64,000 nt of DNA from Lama guanicoe (taxonomy: Eukaryota), in contig MU054001.1 of NCBI GenBank assembly GCA_013239625.1, positions 3,416,151-3,480,150 of the forward strand, written 5' to 3'. The notes beneath the pieces were generated by a model that was given only the letters and a program-made list of their open reading frames with translations, was not told the DNA's origin and did not search any database. Shown here in pieces: positions 63,432-64,000 of this stretch. Numbering within the stretch: position 1 is the first letter of the stretch; each line of letters starts with the position of its first letter. Made by a program: the position numbers and the translations under genes.

Positions 63432-64000
63432 CAAAGTTCTGATGTGGGCGAGGACGTGGAGGATTGAAAGAGCCGAGTGCTGCATAAGACAGCTGGAAGC
63501 TCTGGCTCTTGCTCCTGCTGCCAGGTCCGCTGGCAAGAATGGATGGGGTGGTGGGGGGCGTGCAAATCACACACCCCACACACACCCCTGATTCTCTCTT
63601 CGAGCATTTGCCTCCCCCAGGGCACACTTTTTCCACATCTATCAGGATGTGCATGTGTGTCTTGTTCTCACCGTCTCCTCTCCCGGCCCCTCCTCCCCCG
63701 GCCCCTCCTCCGTCTCTTTCTGACGGCAGGACTCCACACCTCCCACAGACATCGTTCTTGATAATTATAGTTTATCGATTCTCCTGCTGCCCCCGGCGCC
63801 GTGTTCTTCATCTCAGGTGAAACACCGTCGCGTCATCCATCACAGCCTGCCTTTCTCCAGAGGCAAAGGGCTGCGGGTTCCAATCCAGAGAGATAGCTGC
63901 TACCTTGGGTGGAGGCCAGGGAACCTCTCAGAGGTAGACCTGACCCCTCCCCAGCTCTGAGCCCCCCCACCCCACCCCCACTCAGGCTCTGGGGGCTTAG

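Larger units (their letters stand above)
60400..64000 (-). other. Probable distal 3' UTR of a minus-strand gene whose CDS lies outside the window
   Basis: Terminal AU-rich block with AATAAA, depletion of old repeats, no credible ORF or splice structure; gene identity not established from sequence. Confidence 0.5.

Noticed and set aside
1..64000. CRISPR-like arrays, prokaryotic or viral genes, NUMTs, processed mRNA pseudogenes
   Set aside because: None seen by eye; there is no regularly spaced repeat array and no long coding-like segment

Overview
Mammalian non-coding DNA, most likely from a camelid (alpaca, llama or camel): it carries five tRNA-derived Vic-1-type SINEs and artiodactyl/camelid-type L1 3' ends. 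I can support no protein-coding exon; the ORF track is explained by chance ORFs and decayed L1/L2/LTR sequence. A large part of the window is interspersed repeats (L1, L2, MIR, MaLR/ERV LTRs, MER5A/MER3/MER20/MADE2 DNA elements). Between them lie several repeat-free, CpG-retaining blocks rich in homeodomain/PBX/SOX/FOX motifs that look like conserved enhancers (about 11.7-13.4, 18.3-18.8, 27.1-27.6, 51.8-52.4 and 58.6-59.8 kb). The last ~3.6 kb look like the distal 3' UTR and poly(A) site of a minus-strand gene whose coding exons lie outside the window. The clearest specific observations are a 34-36 nt tailless U2 snRNA retrocopy with a 16-bp target-site duplication (57.2 kb), sense-oriented L1 tails that add AATAAA signals inside the putative 3' UTR, an unexplained 43-bp dispersed direct repeat at 14.0/14.75 kb, and nested TE stacks with readable TSDs. 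I see no convincing evidence of a new biological system. Repeat subfamily names are from by-eye recognition and most repeat boundaries are approximate.
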